Shown: positions 1-8,085, counted from the stretch's first letter. The stretch is 43,429 nucleotides of DNA from a bacterium (GCA_041497675.1 JBGQGY010000013.1:1-43429), one strand, 5' to 3'. A program made the numbers and translations. The notes: a model not told the origin generated them from the letters alone.

Positions 1-1
1 C

Positions 2-505
2 GGTCACGAGGGCGTAGTGGCCAAGGCGCTCGACAGCCCCTACGCGCCGGGGAGCCGGGGCAAGCGGTGGTTCAAGGTGAAGCCGGCGGAGACCATGGAC
101 TGCGTCATCACCGCGGTCGATTGGGGATCGGGCCGCCGGCGCGGCTGGCTGTCGAACTACCATCTCGCCGTCGCCGATGGCGCGGGCGGCTTCGCCCCGG
201 TGGGGAAAACGTTCAAAGGGCTGACAGACGCGGAATTTCGCGAGATGACCGATCGCCTACAGGCGCTCAAGGAACGAGATGATGGCTACACGGTGACGGT
301 GCGGCCTGAGATCGTGGTCGAGGTTACGTACAACGAGATCCAGCGCAGCCCACAATACTCGTCGGGGTTTGCACTGCGCTTCGCGCGCGTTACTCGCATC
401 CGCGACGACAAGGGGTCGCAGCAGGGAACGACCCTCGCGGAGTTGCGAACCTTCTACGACAGACAGTTCTCGACGAAAGGCCGCCGCGAAATTCGAGAGG
501 CATGA
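2..505 (+). CDS. lig: ATP-dependent DNA ligase, C-terminal part (5' truncated by window edge)
   Basis: Frame is open from base 2 (GHEGVVAK). Ligase motifs EGVVAK and WFKVKP, then an OB-domain with [14 protein letters not shown] and [14 protein letters not shown]; archaeal/LigB-like type. Confidence 0.93.
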   Translation, partial: GHEGVVAKALDSPYAPGSRGKRWFKVKPAETMDCVITAVDWGSGRRRGWLSNYHLAVADGAGGFAPVGKTFKGLTDAEFREMTDRLQALKERDDGYTVTVRPEIVVEVTYNEIQRSPQYSSGFALRFARVTRIRDDKGSQQGTTLAELRTFYDRQFSTKGRREIREA

Positions 506-802
506 CCCGATCGGCGGGGAACACCAGTTCGGGCATGGTCTACATATTTCGTCATCTCGGCGCCCATGGCAGGAGGATAGGAGGAGGAGGGCGACGAATG
601 ACCAAGACAATCATAAGTGATTGGCGGAGAAACCCGGGTGTACCAGTACTAGCCTGCTAGCCTAGGATCGCACCCTGTCGTCGGAATTAGTTTCTGCACT
701 AGATCGGGCGCGATTGCTGTGAACAGACGCAGGCGTTAACGGCACCACGCACGCGCAAGCCGGAGAGCGTGTAATCTGTATGAAGCACCGGAGAGCGCGA
801 GC

Positions 803-1324
803 ATGGCTCAAGTTAACGCAACTGCGTCTTCTTGTTGGTTCGTCGCGCAAACGAGCGGTCGCGCCGAGCAGAGAGCCTGCGATTTCCTCAATCAGAAGGC
901 CGTAACGACGTATCTGCCGCGCTTGCTCGTTCGCCGGCGTCACGGCTCGCGGCGGTGGCAGGCGCTTGAACCGCTGTTTCCGGGTTATTTGTTCGTCCAG
1001 TTCGATCCGAGCCCCGAAACCATCTACCGCGTTCGATGGACGCCCGGGGTCGTGCGGCTGCTGGGCGACGGTGAGATGCCGATCCCTGTTTCCGATGAGG
1101 TCGTGGGGTATCTGCGGGGCCGGGAAGCACACAGTGGGTTCATTGTCCCACGGCACCCGCTCGTGCCGGGGCAGCGCGTACGATTCAAGAGTGGTCCATT
1201 CTCAATGCTCGAGGGCATCATTGAGCGGCCGGCCACTCGAGAAGATCGCGTGAGGGTGCTGCTGACTCTGGTTAACATGCAGGTAGCTGTTGAGGTGGAA
1301 GCCGACGTCCTAGAAGTCGGCTGA
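803..1324 (+). CDS. NusG-family paralog transcription antiterminator (RfaH/UpxY/LoaP-like)
   Basis: NGN domain (WFVAQT...EPLFPGYLFV...TPGVVRLLG...P.PVSD) plus KOW (PGQRVRFKSGPFSMLEG..RVRVLL). First gene of a polysaccharide locus. Confidence 0.92.
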   Translation: MAQVNATASSCWFVAQTSGRAEQRACDFLNQKAVTTYLPRLLVRRRHGSRRWQALEPLFPGYLFVQFDPSPETIYRVRWTPGVVRLLGDGEMPIPVSDEVVGYLRGREAHSGFIVPRHPLVPGQRVRFKSGPFSMLEGIIERPATREDRVRVLLTLVNMQVAVEVEADVLEVG

Positions 1325-1415
1325 TTCGGCACGGCCGCTAAGGCCGGACCGAACGAGGTCCGCAGTTTCGACCATAGATCGACCGGGATTGAGACAGCAC
1401 AAAGGGGTGAACAAT

Positions 1416-1667
1416 ATGTACCCTGATGGCGGAGCCATATCTGCCAAACGACCCGTGCTCCTACCAAACGGGGGCGACAAGGCTGCTGTGGATCATCCTG
1501 ATCCCGGGTTAAGGTCCTGCGAGACGAAACTCCTTGGCTTGATCCGCAACCGCTGGGCACTGGAGTTTGGTACGCGCGAGGTACGCCTGATGATCGAGTA
1601 CCAGGACAAAGTCCCGGTTCTGATTCGGATCACTGAGAACGTCGTCAAAGAAGAAAAGCTGAAGTAG
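1416..1667 (+). CDS. Small hypothetical protein (83 aa); C-terminal half resembles the YezD/DUF2292 pattern
   Basis: SD-like AGGGGTGA at 1403-1410 before ATG 1416. C-terminus ETKLLGLIR..EFG..V.LMIEYQDKVPVLIRITE...EEKLK. The family resemblance is judged by eye only. Confidence 0.6.
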   Translation: MYPDGGAISAKRPVLLPNGGDKAAVDHPDPGLRSCETKLLGLIRNRWALEFGTREVRLMIEYQDKVPVLIRITENVVKEEKLK

Positions 1668-1672
1668 CGACA

Positions 1673-1717
1673 GACAACTGAATAGCTTGTCCCTGACCCG
1701 TTGAGATGGGAGGGGAC
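1673..1717 (+). promoter_or_regulatory. Putative structured leader RNA / antiterminator element overlapping the terminator 5' arm
   Basis: GACAA(1673-1677)/TTGTC(1687-1691) hairpin around CTGAATAGC. GTCCC(1689-1693) can pair with GGGAC(1713-1717), enclosing CCCG/TGGG; this uses the terminator's left arm. Confidence 0.5.
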
Positions 1718-1761
1718 CGCAGGCTGCCGCCATCGCGGCAGTGCGGTCCCCTTCTTTTTTT
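1711..1761 (+). terminator. Strong intrinsic (Rho-independent) terminator upstream of the polysaccharide operon
   Basis: AGGGGACCGCA(1711-1721)/TGCGGTCCCCT(1742-1752) 11 bp, GG bulge, CTGCCGC/GCGGCAG 7 bp, CATC loop, followed by TCTTTTTTT (1753-1761). Confidence 0.9.
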
Positions 1762-1821
1762 GGGTCGGATTGGGTCGCCAAGACAGCAGCACGCAATGGC
1801 AGGGGATGGGGAGGTACGACA

Positions 1822-3300
1822 ATGCGTAAGCGATCGGGCATGGCCCAAATGCCTCACAGGCTGACGGCTCTCTTAGTCGCGTTGGTGTTTCTGTCGGCCG
1901 GCGTTCCCGCCGGCGCGCAGCAGACACCGCCGCCAACCGTCGGCGGTTACATTCTTGGCTCGGGAGATGTGTTAGAAGTGTCGGTCTGGGGGTATGCTGA
2001 TCTGACGCGTACGGTTGCCGTCCGGCCCGACGGCCAGATCACGGTGCCTCTGGTCGGCACCGTGACCGCCTCTGGGGTGTCGGTGGAGGAACTGACCCGC
2101 GTCCTGACCAGGGCATACAGTGCGTTCATCCGGAATCCTCAGGTCACGGTCATCGTCAAGGAGTTCCGCAGCATCCGGATCTCCGTGCTTGGCCAGGTTG
2201 CCAAGCCGGGCTCGTACAGCCTGCCGCCAGGCTCGCGCGTGCTTGAGGCCATCTCCGCCGCCGGCGGCATCCTAAACAGCGCTCTCGTCAAAGAGGTCCG
2301 TGTCATGCGGTCGAACAGGCAGACCGTGACATTGCAGACCGACGCTTTGCTGCGGGCAGACGCTCGGAACAACCCCCAGTTGCTTGGCGGCGAGACGATC
2401 TACGTGCCCGAGGTCAACAAGCTCAGCGTGTCCATTGTCGGCCAGGTCCACCGGCCTGGTTCCTACGAGTTGCTGCCGGGCACCCGCCTTCTGGATCTCC
2501 TCTCCGTCGCCGGCGGCGTGACGGACGTCGCTGCGCTGAGGGAGGCGCAGCTCCTGCGGCCCGGGGAACAGCCCGCCGTCGTGGACCTGGAAAAAGTACT
2601 CGCAGGCGACGCTGATGCCAACGTAACTCTGCGCGGCGGTGAAACGCTCGTTGTGCGCGAGGACCTGGTCAACGTCGTGAACGTCATGGGTGAGGTCGCC
2701 CGCCCTGGGCGGTATCGGCTCAAAGGCGAGATGCGCCTGGTCGACGTTTTGCTCCTGGCCGGCGGATTGACCGATCGGGCATCCGTCACGCAGGCGCGGT
2801 TGGTGCGGGCACGAGAGTCGCAGACCCTGAACCTGGACAACCTGCTCTTGCGCCAGGACATGAATTACAACATCGTGATGCAACCCGGCGATAGCGTGTT
2901 CGTCCCTGAAGAGACCAACAACAGATTCTATGTCCTCGGCGACGTCGCCCGGCCCGGGGTCTTTACGACGAAAGGCGGTCTGACGGTGCTTCAGGCTATC
3001 GCAATGGCGGGAGGCCCGGTGCAGCGCGGTGCCAGCACCGCCAAAACCGCCCACATTATCCGCCGTACCGGCACCCCGGAGCCCGCGGTGACTGCCTCGC
3101 TGACGGGCGTGAAGGTCGAGTCCCTGCCAAACGGCGCCAGCATGGTGACCCTGGACCTGCGGGCGCTCGTGCAAGCCGGCGACACCAGGCGCGACGTCCC
3201 AATTCAACCTGGCGACGTTCTCGTCGTTCCCCAGACCACGCTCGCCGGTATGTCGGGCATCCTCAGTATTCTGTCCGGAGTCTTCTGGTTCTTCCGATGA
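1822..3300 (+). CDS. wza: Polysaccharide export protein (Wza/OPX family) with Poly_export domain and several SLBB repeats
   Basis: GGAGGT SD before ATG 1822. Signal peptide; YILGSGDVLEVSVWG...VRPDGQITVPLVG; four repeats of V.G.V..PG.(Y/F)....AGG; hydrophobic C-terminal helix. Confidence 0.9.
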   Translation: MRKRSGMAQMPHRLTALLVALVFLSAGVPAGAQQTPPPTVGGYILGSGDVLEVSVWGYADLTRTVAVRPDGQITVPLVGTVTASGVSVEELTRVLTRAYSAFIRNPQVTVIVKEFRSIRISVLGQVAKPGSYSLPPGSRVLEAISAAGGILNSALVKEVRVMRSNRQTVTLQTDALLRADARNNPQLLGGETIYVPEVNKLSVSIVGQVHRPGSYELLPGTRLLDLLSVAGGVTDVAALREAQLLRPGEQPAVVDLEKVLAGDADANVTLRGGETLVVREDLVNVVNVMGEVARPGRYRLKGEMRLVDVLLLAGGLTDRASVTQARLVRARESQTLNLDNLLLRQDMNYNIVMQPGDSVFVPEETNNRFYVLGDVARPGVFTTKGGLTVLQAIAMAGGPVQRGASTAKTAHIIRRTGTPEPAVTASLTGVKVESLPNGASMVTLDLRALVQAGDTRRDVPIQPGDVLVVPQTTLAGMSGILSILSGVFWFFR

Positions 3301-5261
3301 ACGGCGCGACAACCGTTCAGTCGGTAACGCTGGAAGAACCGGAATTCAACCTGCGCGATTTCTTCAACGTCGTCGCCAGGCGTTGGAGGATCATCGTCGC
3401 ACCTTTCGCCGTCATCGTTGGCGCCGCCGTGGGCCTGTCCCTGGCCACACCACCTGTCTACCGAGCGTCCACCACCGTGACGACCGACAAATCCCCGCCG
3501 GTCATCTTGCTGGATCGATCTGGAGAGGTCAGCATGTTCTCCGACCAGCCGGCGACACAGGCGCCGGACGTACACACGCTGGCCGAACTGATCAAGAGCG
3601 ACGTCGTCCACGATGGCGCGATGGCCCGTCTGACGCCTGGGCTGGGAGGACAGGGGGCGAATGCAGCCCTGGCGAGCTTGAACGTCCAGCCCATTCGCGA
3701 CACGGAGTTGGTGCGCGTCAGCATCGAACACACCGATCCGAACGTTGCCGCCGACGCGGCCAACGCCGTCGTGGACAGCCTGATCGACATGAACCTCAAA
3801 GCCCGCCGCCGGCGTGCGACGGAGATCCAGCATTTCATCAAGCAACAGCTTGGCCTTGCCGGCGAGAAGCTGCGAAACAGCGAGGCCGAGCTCGTGGACT
3901 ACAAGAACCGCCACGGAGACGTCTCCCTCGCCCAAGAGACCAGCCTAACCCTGCAAAAGCTGGCCGAACTGGAAGCCAAGCGGGTGGACGCCCGTCTGCC
4001 TCGGCTCGAATCAGCATCACTCGTCGCCACCCTACAGAGCCAGCTCGCGAGCCTGGAGATCGAGTTCTCCGGGCTGCAGCAACAGTTCACAGAGAAGCAT
4101 CCCGCTGTGATCAGCACCAAGGCCAAGATCGAGGAAACAAAGCGACGGCTGCTGGTTGAGACGACCCGCGATCGGCAGACCGAGCAATCTCGCGAACGCG
4201 GGATTGCCGCGGCCATCGGTCAGTATGAGGACAGAGTGCGTGGGGTGCCGACGCGCGAAGCCGAGCTGGCGCGCCTCACGCGCAACACGAAGGAGGCCGA
4301 GCAGATCTACCTGCTCCTGTCGTCCAAATTTCAGCAGGCGATCATTGCGGAGGCGTCGATTGGCAGCGCGATCCAAGTCGTGGACACGGCCAAAGCGCCA
4401 AATTCACCGGCGAAGCAGCGAGCTCGCAGGACAATGTTCTTAGGCTCGATACTCGGCCTCATGTTCGGGATGGCGGCGGCCCTCTTCATCGAGCAGCTCG
4501 ACGATGCCGTGAGGTCGGCCAAAGACGTGGAGGAGGCGCTCGGTGCCCCAGTACTCGGAGCCATCCCGCTGGTAGACGTGCGACGTGATCGCAAGAAGGG
4601 ACGCCGCCGCGGTAGTGCGCCGCCGCTGCCACTGGCGCAGATGGATCGCTCGTCGGCGCTCAGCGAAGCATGCCGTACACTGCGCACGCATGTTCTCTCG
4701 GCGCTTCCCGGCAGCAGGCACAATTGTCTGCTCGTGACCAGCGCGCTGCCGGACGAGGGGAAGAGCACAGTCGCCGTCAACCTGGCGCTGGCCCTGGCGC
4801 ATGCCGATCGTCACGTGTGGCTTGTGGATTGTGACCTGAGACGATCCCGCCTGAGCCAGCTCTTCCCGGAAGCGGAGTCGCCGGGACTGGCGGCGTTCCT
4901 CACGGGCGACGCAGTGGCCGCCGGCGTCGTCCGGCCGACGAGCCATCCGGGGCTGTCGTTCGTGGCGAGCGGGCCGACCGCGTCAAACGCCGCTGAGCTC
5001 CTGGATAGCCCCCGTCTGGCGCGTTTCATCGAGGAGGCGCGTACCGGGGCTGATGTGGTGCTGCTCGATAGTCCCGCGGTGATGCCTGCAACTGACGCTG
5101 AGGAGATCGGCCGCAGGGTTGACGGCGTCCTGCTGGTGGTTCGGGCAGGCAAGACTGACCGGAGCGCTCTGGTCGAAGTACGGCACCGCATGGAACGGGT
5201 CGGAGCACGGATTGTGGGGGCCGTCCTGAATGGCGCTCCCGAGGGCCCATGGCGTTACTAG
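3297..5261 (+). CDS. wzc: Wzc/GumC-like polysaccharide co-polymerase with BY-kinase domain
   Basis: N-terminal Wzz region and TM (RRWRII...PVYRAS), coiled coil with KHP motif, second TM, Walker A SALPDEGKST, A' VDCDLRR, B LLDSP. ATGA overlap with upstream gene. Confidence 0.92.
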   Translation: MNGATTVQSVTLEEPEFNLRDFFNVVARRWRIIVAPFAVIVGAAVGLSLATPPVYRASTTVTTDKSPPVILLDRSGEVSMFSDQPATQAPDVHTLAELIKSDVVHDGAMARLTPGLGGQGANAALASLNVQPIRDTELVRVSIEHTDPNVAADAANAVVDSLIDMNLKARRRRATEIQHFIKQQLGLAGEKLRNSEAELVDYKNRHGDVSLAQETSLTLQKLAELEAKRVDARLPRLESASLVATLQSQLASLEIEFSGLQQQFTEKHPAVISTKAKIEETKRRLLVETTRDRQTEQSRERGIAAAIGQYEDRVRGVPTREAELARLTRNTKEAEQIYLLLSSKFQQAIIAEASIGSAIQVVDTAKAPNSPAKQRARRTMFLGSILGLMFGMAAALFIEQLDDAVRSAKDVEEALGAPVLGAIPLVDVRRDRKKGRRRGSAPPLPLAQMDRSSALSEACRTLRTHVLSALPGSRHNCLLVTSALPDEGKSTVAVNLALALAHADRHVWLVDCDLRRSRLSQLFPEAESPGLAAFLTGDAVAAGVVRPTSHPGLSFVASGPTASNAAELLDSPRLARFIEEARTGADVVLLDSPAVMPATDAEEIGRRVDGVLLVVRAGKTDRSALVEVRHRMERVGARIVGAVLNGAPEGPWRY

Positions 5262-6118
5262 AAGCCACCCGGGAACAGCGACGTTATCCGGAGCCCGCGC
5301 CGACGGTCGTGATCCGGCCGACCAGAGGATGGGCGTTCCTCGACGTCCGAGAACTATGGGCCCACAACGAGCTCATCTACTTCCTCACCGCTCGCAACAT
5401 CAAGGTCCGATACAAACAGGCGACGATCGGCATCGCGTGGGCCGTCCTGCAACCGCTCGCGATGATGGCCGTGTTCACGCTGTTCTTCGGGCGGTTGGCT
5501 CACTTGCCCTCGGCGGGCGCTCCATACCCGCTGTTTGCGTACGCGGGGTTGCTGCCCTGGCAGCTCTTCTCCCGGGCCATCACTGAGTCGACGAATAGTC
5601 TCATCATGCACCAGCGGCTGATCACACGGGTGTATTTTCCGCGAATCATCATCCCGATCTCAGTGACGCTCGCCGCGCTGGTCGACTTTGCGATCTCTGC
5701 CGTCCTGCTGCTGGGGCTCATGCTGGCGTATGGATTCAGACCAGGGGCTGCGGTCCTTTGGTTGCCGGTCTTCGTCCTGCTGCTGCTCTTGACGGCGTTC
5801 GGTGTTGGATTCTGGTTGTCGGCCCTCAACGTCGAGTTCCGCGACGTGGCCCAGGCCATGCCGTTTCTCAGCCAGTTGTGGCTGTTCGTGACGCCAGTGG
5901 TCTACCCCAGCAGCCTTGTCCCGGAGCAGTGGCGAGTGCTGTATGGGTTGAACCCGATGGCCGGCGTGGTCGAAGGCTTTCACTGGGCGCTGCTCGGCGC
6001 CGGGCCGGCACCCGGACCGATGCTGGCAGTCTCGAGTGCAGTGGCCGTCGGACTGTTCGTTAGCGGAATCGCCTGGTTCCGCCGCAGAGAACGCACCTTC
6101 GTGGATGTGGTCGGGTAG
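5249..6118 (+). CDS. wzm: ABC-2 type polysaccharide transporter permease (Wzm)
   Basis: IKVRYKQATIGIAWAVLQP, RVYFPR, TPVVYP, LNPM motifs; about 6 TM segments; ends FVDVV. Confidence 0.93.
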   Translation: MALLEATREQRRYPEPAPTVVIRPTRGWAFLDVRELWAHNELIYFLTARNIKVRYKQATIGIAWAVLQPLAMMAVFTLFFGRLAHLPSAGAPYPLFAYAGLLPWQLFSRAITESTNSLIMHQRLITRVYFPRIIIPISVTLAALVDFAISAVLLLGLMLAYGFRPGAAVLWLPVFVLLLLLTAFGVGFWLSALNVEFRDVAQAMPFLSQLWLFVTPVVYPSSLVPEQWRVLYGLNPMAGVVEGFHWALLGAGPAPGPMLAVSSAVAVGLFVSGIAWFRRRERTFVDVVG

Positions 6119-6120
6119 CT

Positions 6121-7368
6121 ATGGCCGCCGTGGCCGTCAGGGCAGAGGGGCTGAGCAAGCGCTACCGGATCGGGCAGAGAGTGCCATACAAGACGATTCG
6201 GGATACGCTGGCCGGCGCGATCTCAGCGCCATTCCGCTGGGGCCCGGCAGCGCTGAAACGCTCGGCCGCTCGGAACGGAGACCAAAATACCATCTGGGCG
6301 CTCAAGGACATCTCGTTCGAGGTCGGCGTCGGGGAGGTCGTGGGTCTCATCGGCCGCAATGGGGCCGGTAAGAGCACACTGCTGAAGATTCTCTCGCGCA
6401 TTACCGAGCCGACTGAGGGCGTTGCCCAACTCTATGGGCGCGTCGGCTCGCTGCTGGAAGTGGGCACCGGCTTTCATCCAGAACTGACCGGGCGCGAGAA
6501 CGTCTATCTCAATGGCGCGATCCTGGGGATGAAGCGGTTAGAGATCGACCGCAAGTTCGACGACATTGTGGCCTTCGCCGAGACGGAGAAGTTTCTCGAT
6601 ACACCGGTGAAGCACTACTCGAGCGGCATGTTCATGCGTCTGGGCTTCGCGGTCGCGGCCCACCTCGATCCGGAAATCTTGCTCGTCGATGAAGTCTTGG
6701 CTGTCGGCGACGTGGCTTTCCAGCGCAAATGCATGGAAAAGATCCGAGACGTGGCCCGGGGCGGGCGCACGGTTCTGTTCGTCAGCCATCGGATGAACTC
6801 CGTTCGGACGCTGTGCGGCCACTCGATCTGGCTGGAGGCGGGGCAGGTGAGAATGTCGGGCCCGACGGCCGAGGTCGTGAATGCCTACGAAGCAAGCTTG
6901 ACTGTCACGGACTCGGAGAGATGGGCGACCCGGGATGCGAATTCGGTCGCGCAGTTCCGTGGCTGGGAGATTGTTGAACCCCGTTCCGAACAGCCACACG
7001 TGTTAGAGACACAGGGCCCGCTCACTGTGAAGGTTGTCGTCGACGTGCGTTCCCCCATCCGGCATGGCGTTCACGCCATCAGTCTATGGAATACGGACGA
7101 CGTGTTGATTTGGGGATGGGCGACCGATGGCATCAACCTACCACCGGGAGTTCATGCCTTCATGTGCGATCTTCCGGGTTTGCCCTTGAAGCCCGGCGCG
7201 TATTCGTGGCGCGTCGGTCTCTACAGCGACGGATACCTTCTCGATCGGTGGCATTGTGTGCCGCAGATGATCATTGCCACGGCCGCGCTTGGGGACCGCC
7301 GAGACGAGTGGTCGGGACTGTTGAACATCCCGTGCGGATTCCGCGTGGTCGAGGACCGCCATTCGTGA
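6121..7368 (+). CDS. wzt: Polysaccharide ABC transporter ATP-binding protein (Wzt) with C-terminal Wzt_C-type domain
   Basis: Walker A GRNGAGKST, GFHPELTGREN, signature YSSGM, Walker B ILLVDEVL; about 150-aa beta-rich C-terminal extension. Confidence 0.94.
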   Translation: MAAVAVRAEGLSKRYRIGQRVPYKTIRDTLAGAISAPFRWGPAALKRSAARNGDQNTIWALKDISFEVGVGEVVGLIGRNGAGKSTLLKILSRITEPTEGVAQLYGRVGSLLEVGTGFHPELTGRENVYLNGAILGMKRLEIDRKFDDIVAFAETEKFLDTPVKHYSSGMFMRLGFAVAAHLDPEILLVDEVLAVGDVAFQRKCMEKIRDVARGGRTVLFVSHRMNSVRTLCGHSIWLEAGQVRMSGPTAEVVNAYEASLTVTDSERWATRDANSVAQFRGWEIVEPRSEQPHVLETQGPLTVKVVVDVRSPIRHGVHAISLWNTDDVLIWGWATDGINLPPGVHAFMCDLPGLPLKPGAYSWRVGLYSDGYLLDRWHCVPQMIIATAALGDRRDEWSGLLNIPCGFRVVEDRHS

Positions 7369-8084
7369 GCCACGCCATTACCATACAGATTCACGTACCG
7401 GGTTGGTTTCTCCGTCGGTTGCGCCACGGAAAGGCCCGACTGAAGGGAGCGTCCAGGGCTGTCGCGTCACCACCGGACCTGGCTGGGGACCGCGACGTGG
7501 AATGGTCCTGGGTCGCGTCTCATATGCCGGCCGGCCCTGGAGAGGCGTTGGATTTTGGACCGGGCGGCAGCCATCTCGGGCTCGTGGCCGCGCACAGAGG
7601 CTTCAGGGTCACGGCCCTCGATCTCCAGCCGGTGAACTGGTCGTACGTCCATCCCGGGCTCCGTTTCGTCCAGGGCGATCTCTTGACGCTGCCGTTCCCC
7701 AAACACCTTTTCGACCTGGTCGTTAACTGCTCGACCGTTGAGCACGTAGGGCTTACTGGACGGTACGGCGTGAGTGAACCTCGGCCGGACGGAGACCTCG
7801 AAGCGATGGCCTACCTCCGCACGCTAATGAAACCGAGCGCCACCATGCTGCTGACCGTTCCTGTGGGGCGGGATGCCGTGGTTGGGGCATTGCATCGCGT
7901 GTATGGGGCGCAACGATTGGAGAGACTGTTGGCGGGATACGTGATCGAAGAGCAGCAGTTTTGGTCGAAGGATTCTCAGAACGCCTGGACGCTTGTCGAT
8001 CATCGAGACGCGTTAATGGTCGATCCTGGGGCGCAGACGTACGGGCTGGGATGCTTTGTGTTGGCGCGCGGAATGGGCGGGTAG
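7365..8084 (+). CDS. Class I SAM-dependent methyltransferase, DUF268-like
   Basis: GTG start overlaps the wzt stop (GTGA). ALDFGPG motif I; STVEHVGLTGRYG...DGDLEAM...LTVPVGRD...HRVYG matches the DUF268-type pattern. Confidence 0.75.
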   Translation: MSHAITIQIHVPGWFLRRLRHGKARLKGASRAVASPPDLAGDRDVEWSWVASHMPAGPGEALDFGPGGSHLGLVAAHRGFRVTALDLQPVNWSYVHPGLRFVQGDLLTLPFPKHLFDLVVNCSTVEHVGLTGRYGVSEPRPDGDLEAMAYLRTLMKPSATMLLTVPVGRDAVVGALHRVYGAQRLERLLAGYVIEEQQFWSKDSQNAWTLVDHRDALMVDPGAQTYGLGCFVLARGMGG

Positions 8085-8085
8085 A

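Noticed and set aside
740..754. GG-N10-GC spacing suggesting a sigma-54 promoter
   Set aside because: Lacks the TGGCAC and TTGC consensus context; this spacing is frequent by chance at high GC.
1690..1720. GACCCGTTGA resembling part of a TPP riboswitch
   Set aside because: Lacks the CTGAGA and ACCTGAT...GGGA core, and the downstream genes are unrelated to thiamine.
1741..1821. ORF-track N-terminal extension of wza starting at 1741
   Set aside because: It begins inside the terminator hairpin; the SD-supported ATG at 1822 gives a normal signal peptide.
7086..7364. ORF-track N-terminal extensions of several genes (7086, 13498, 20464, 23939, 36914, 40291)
   Set aside because: They overlap upstream genes. 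Downstream starts with stop/start coupling or an SD fit the family N-termini better.
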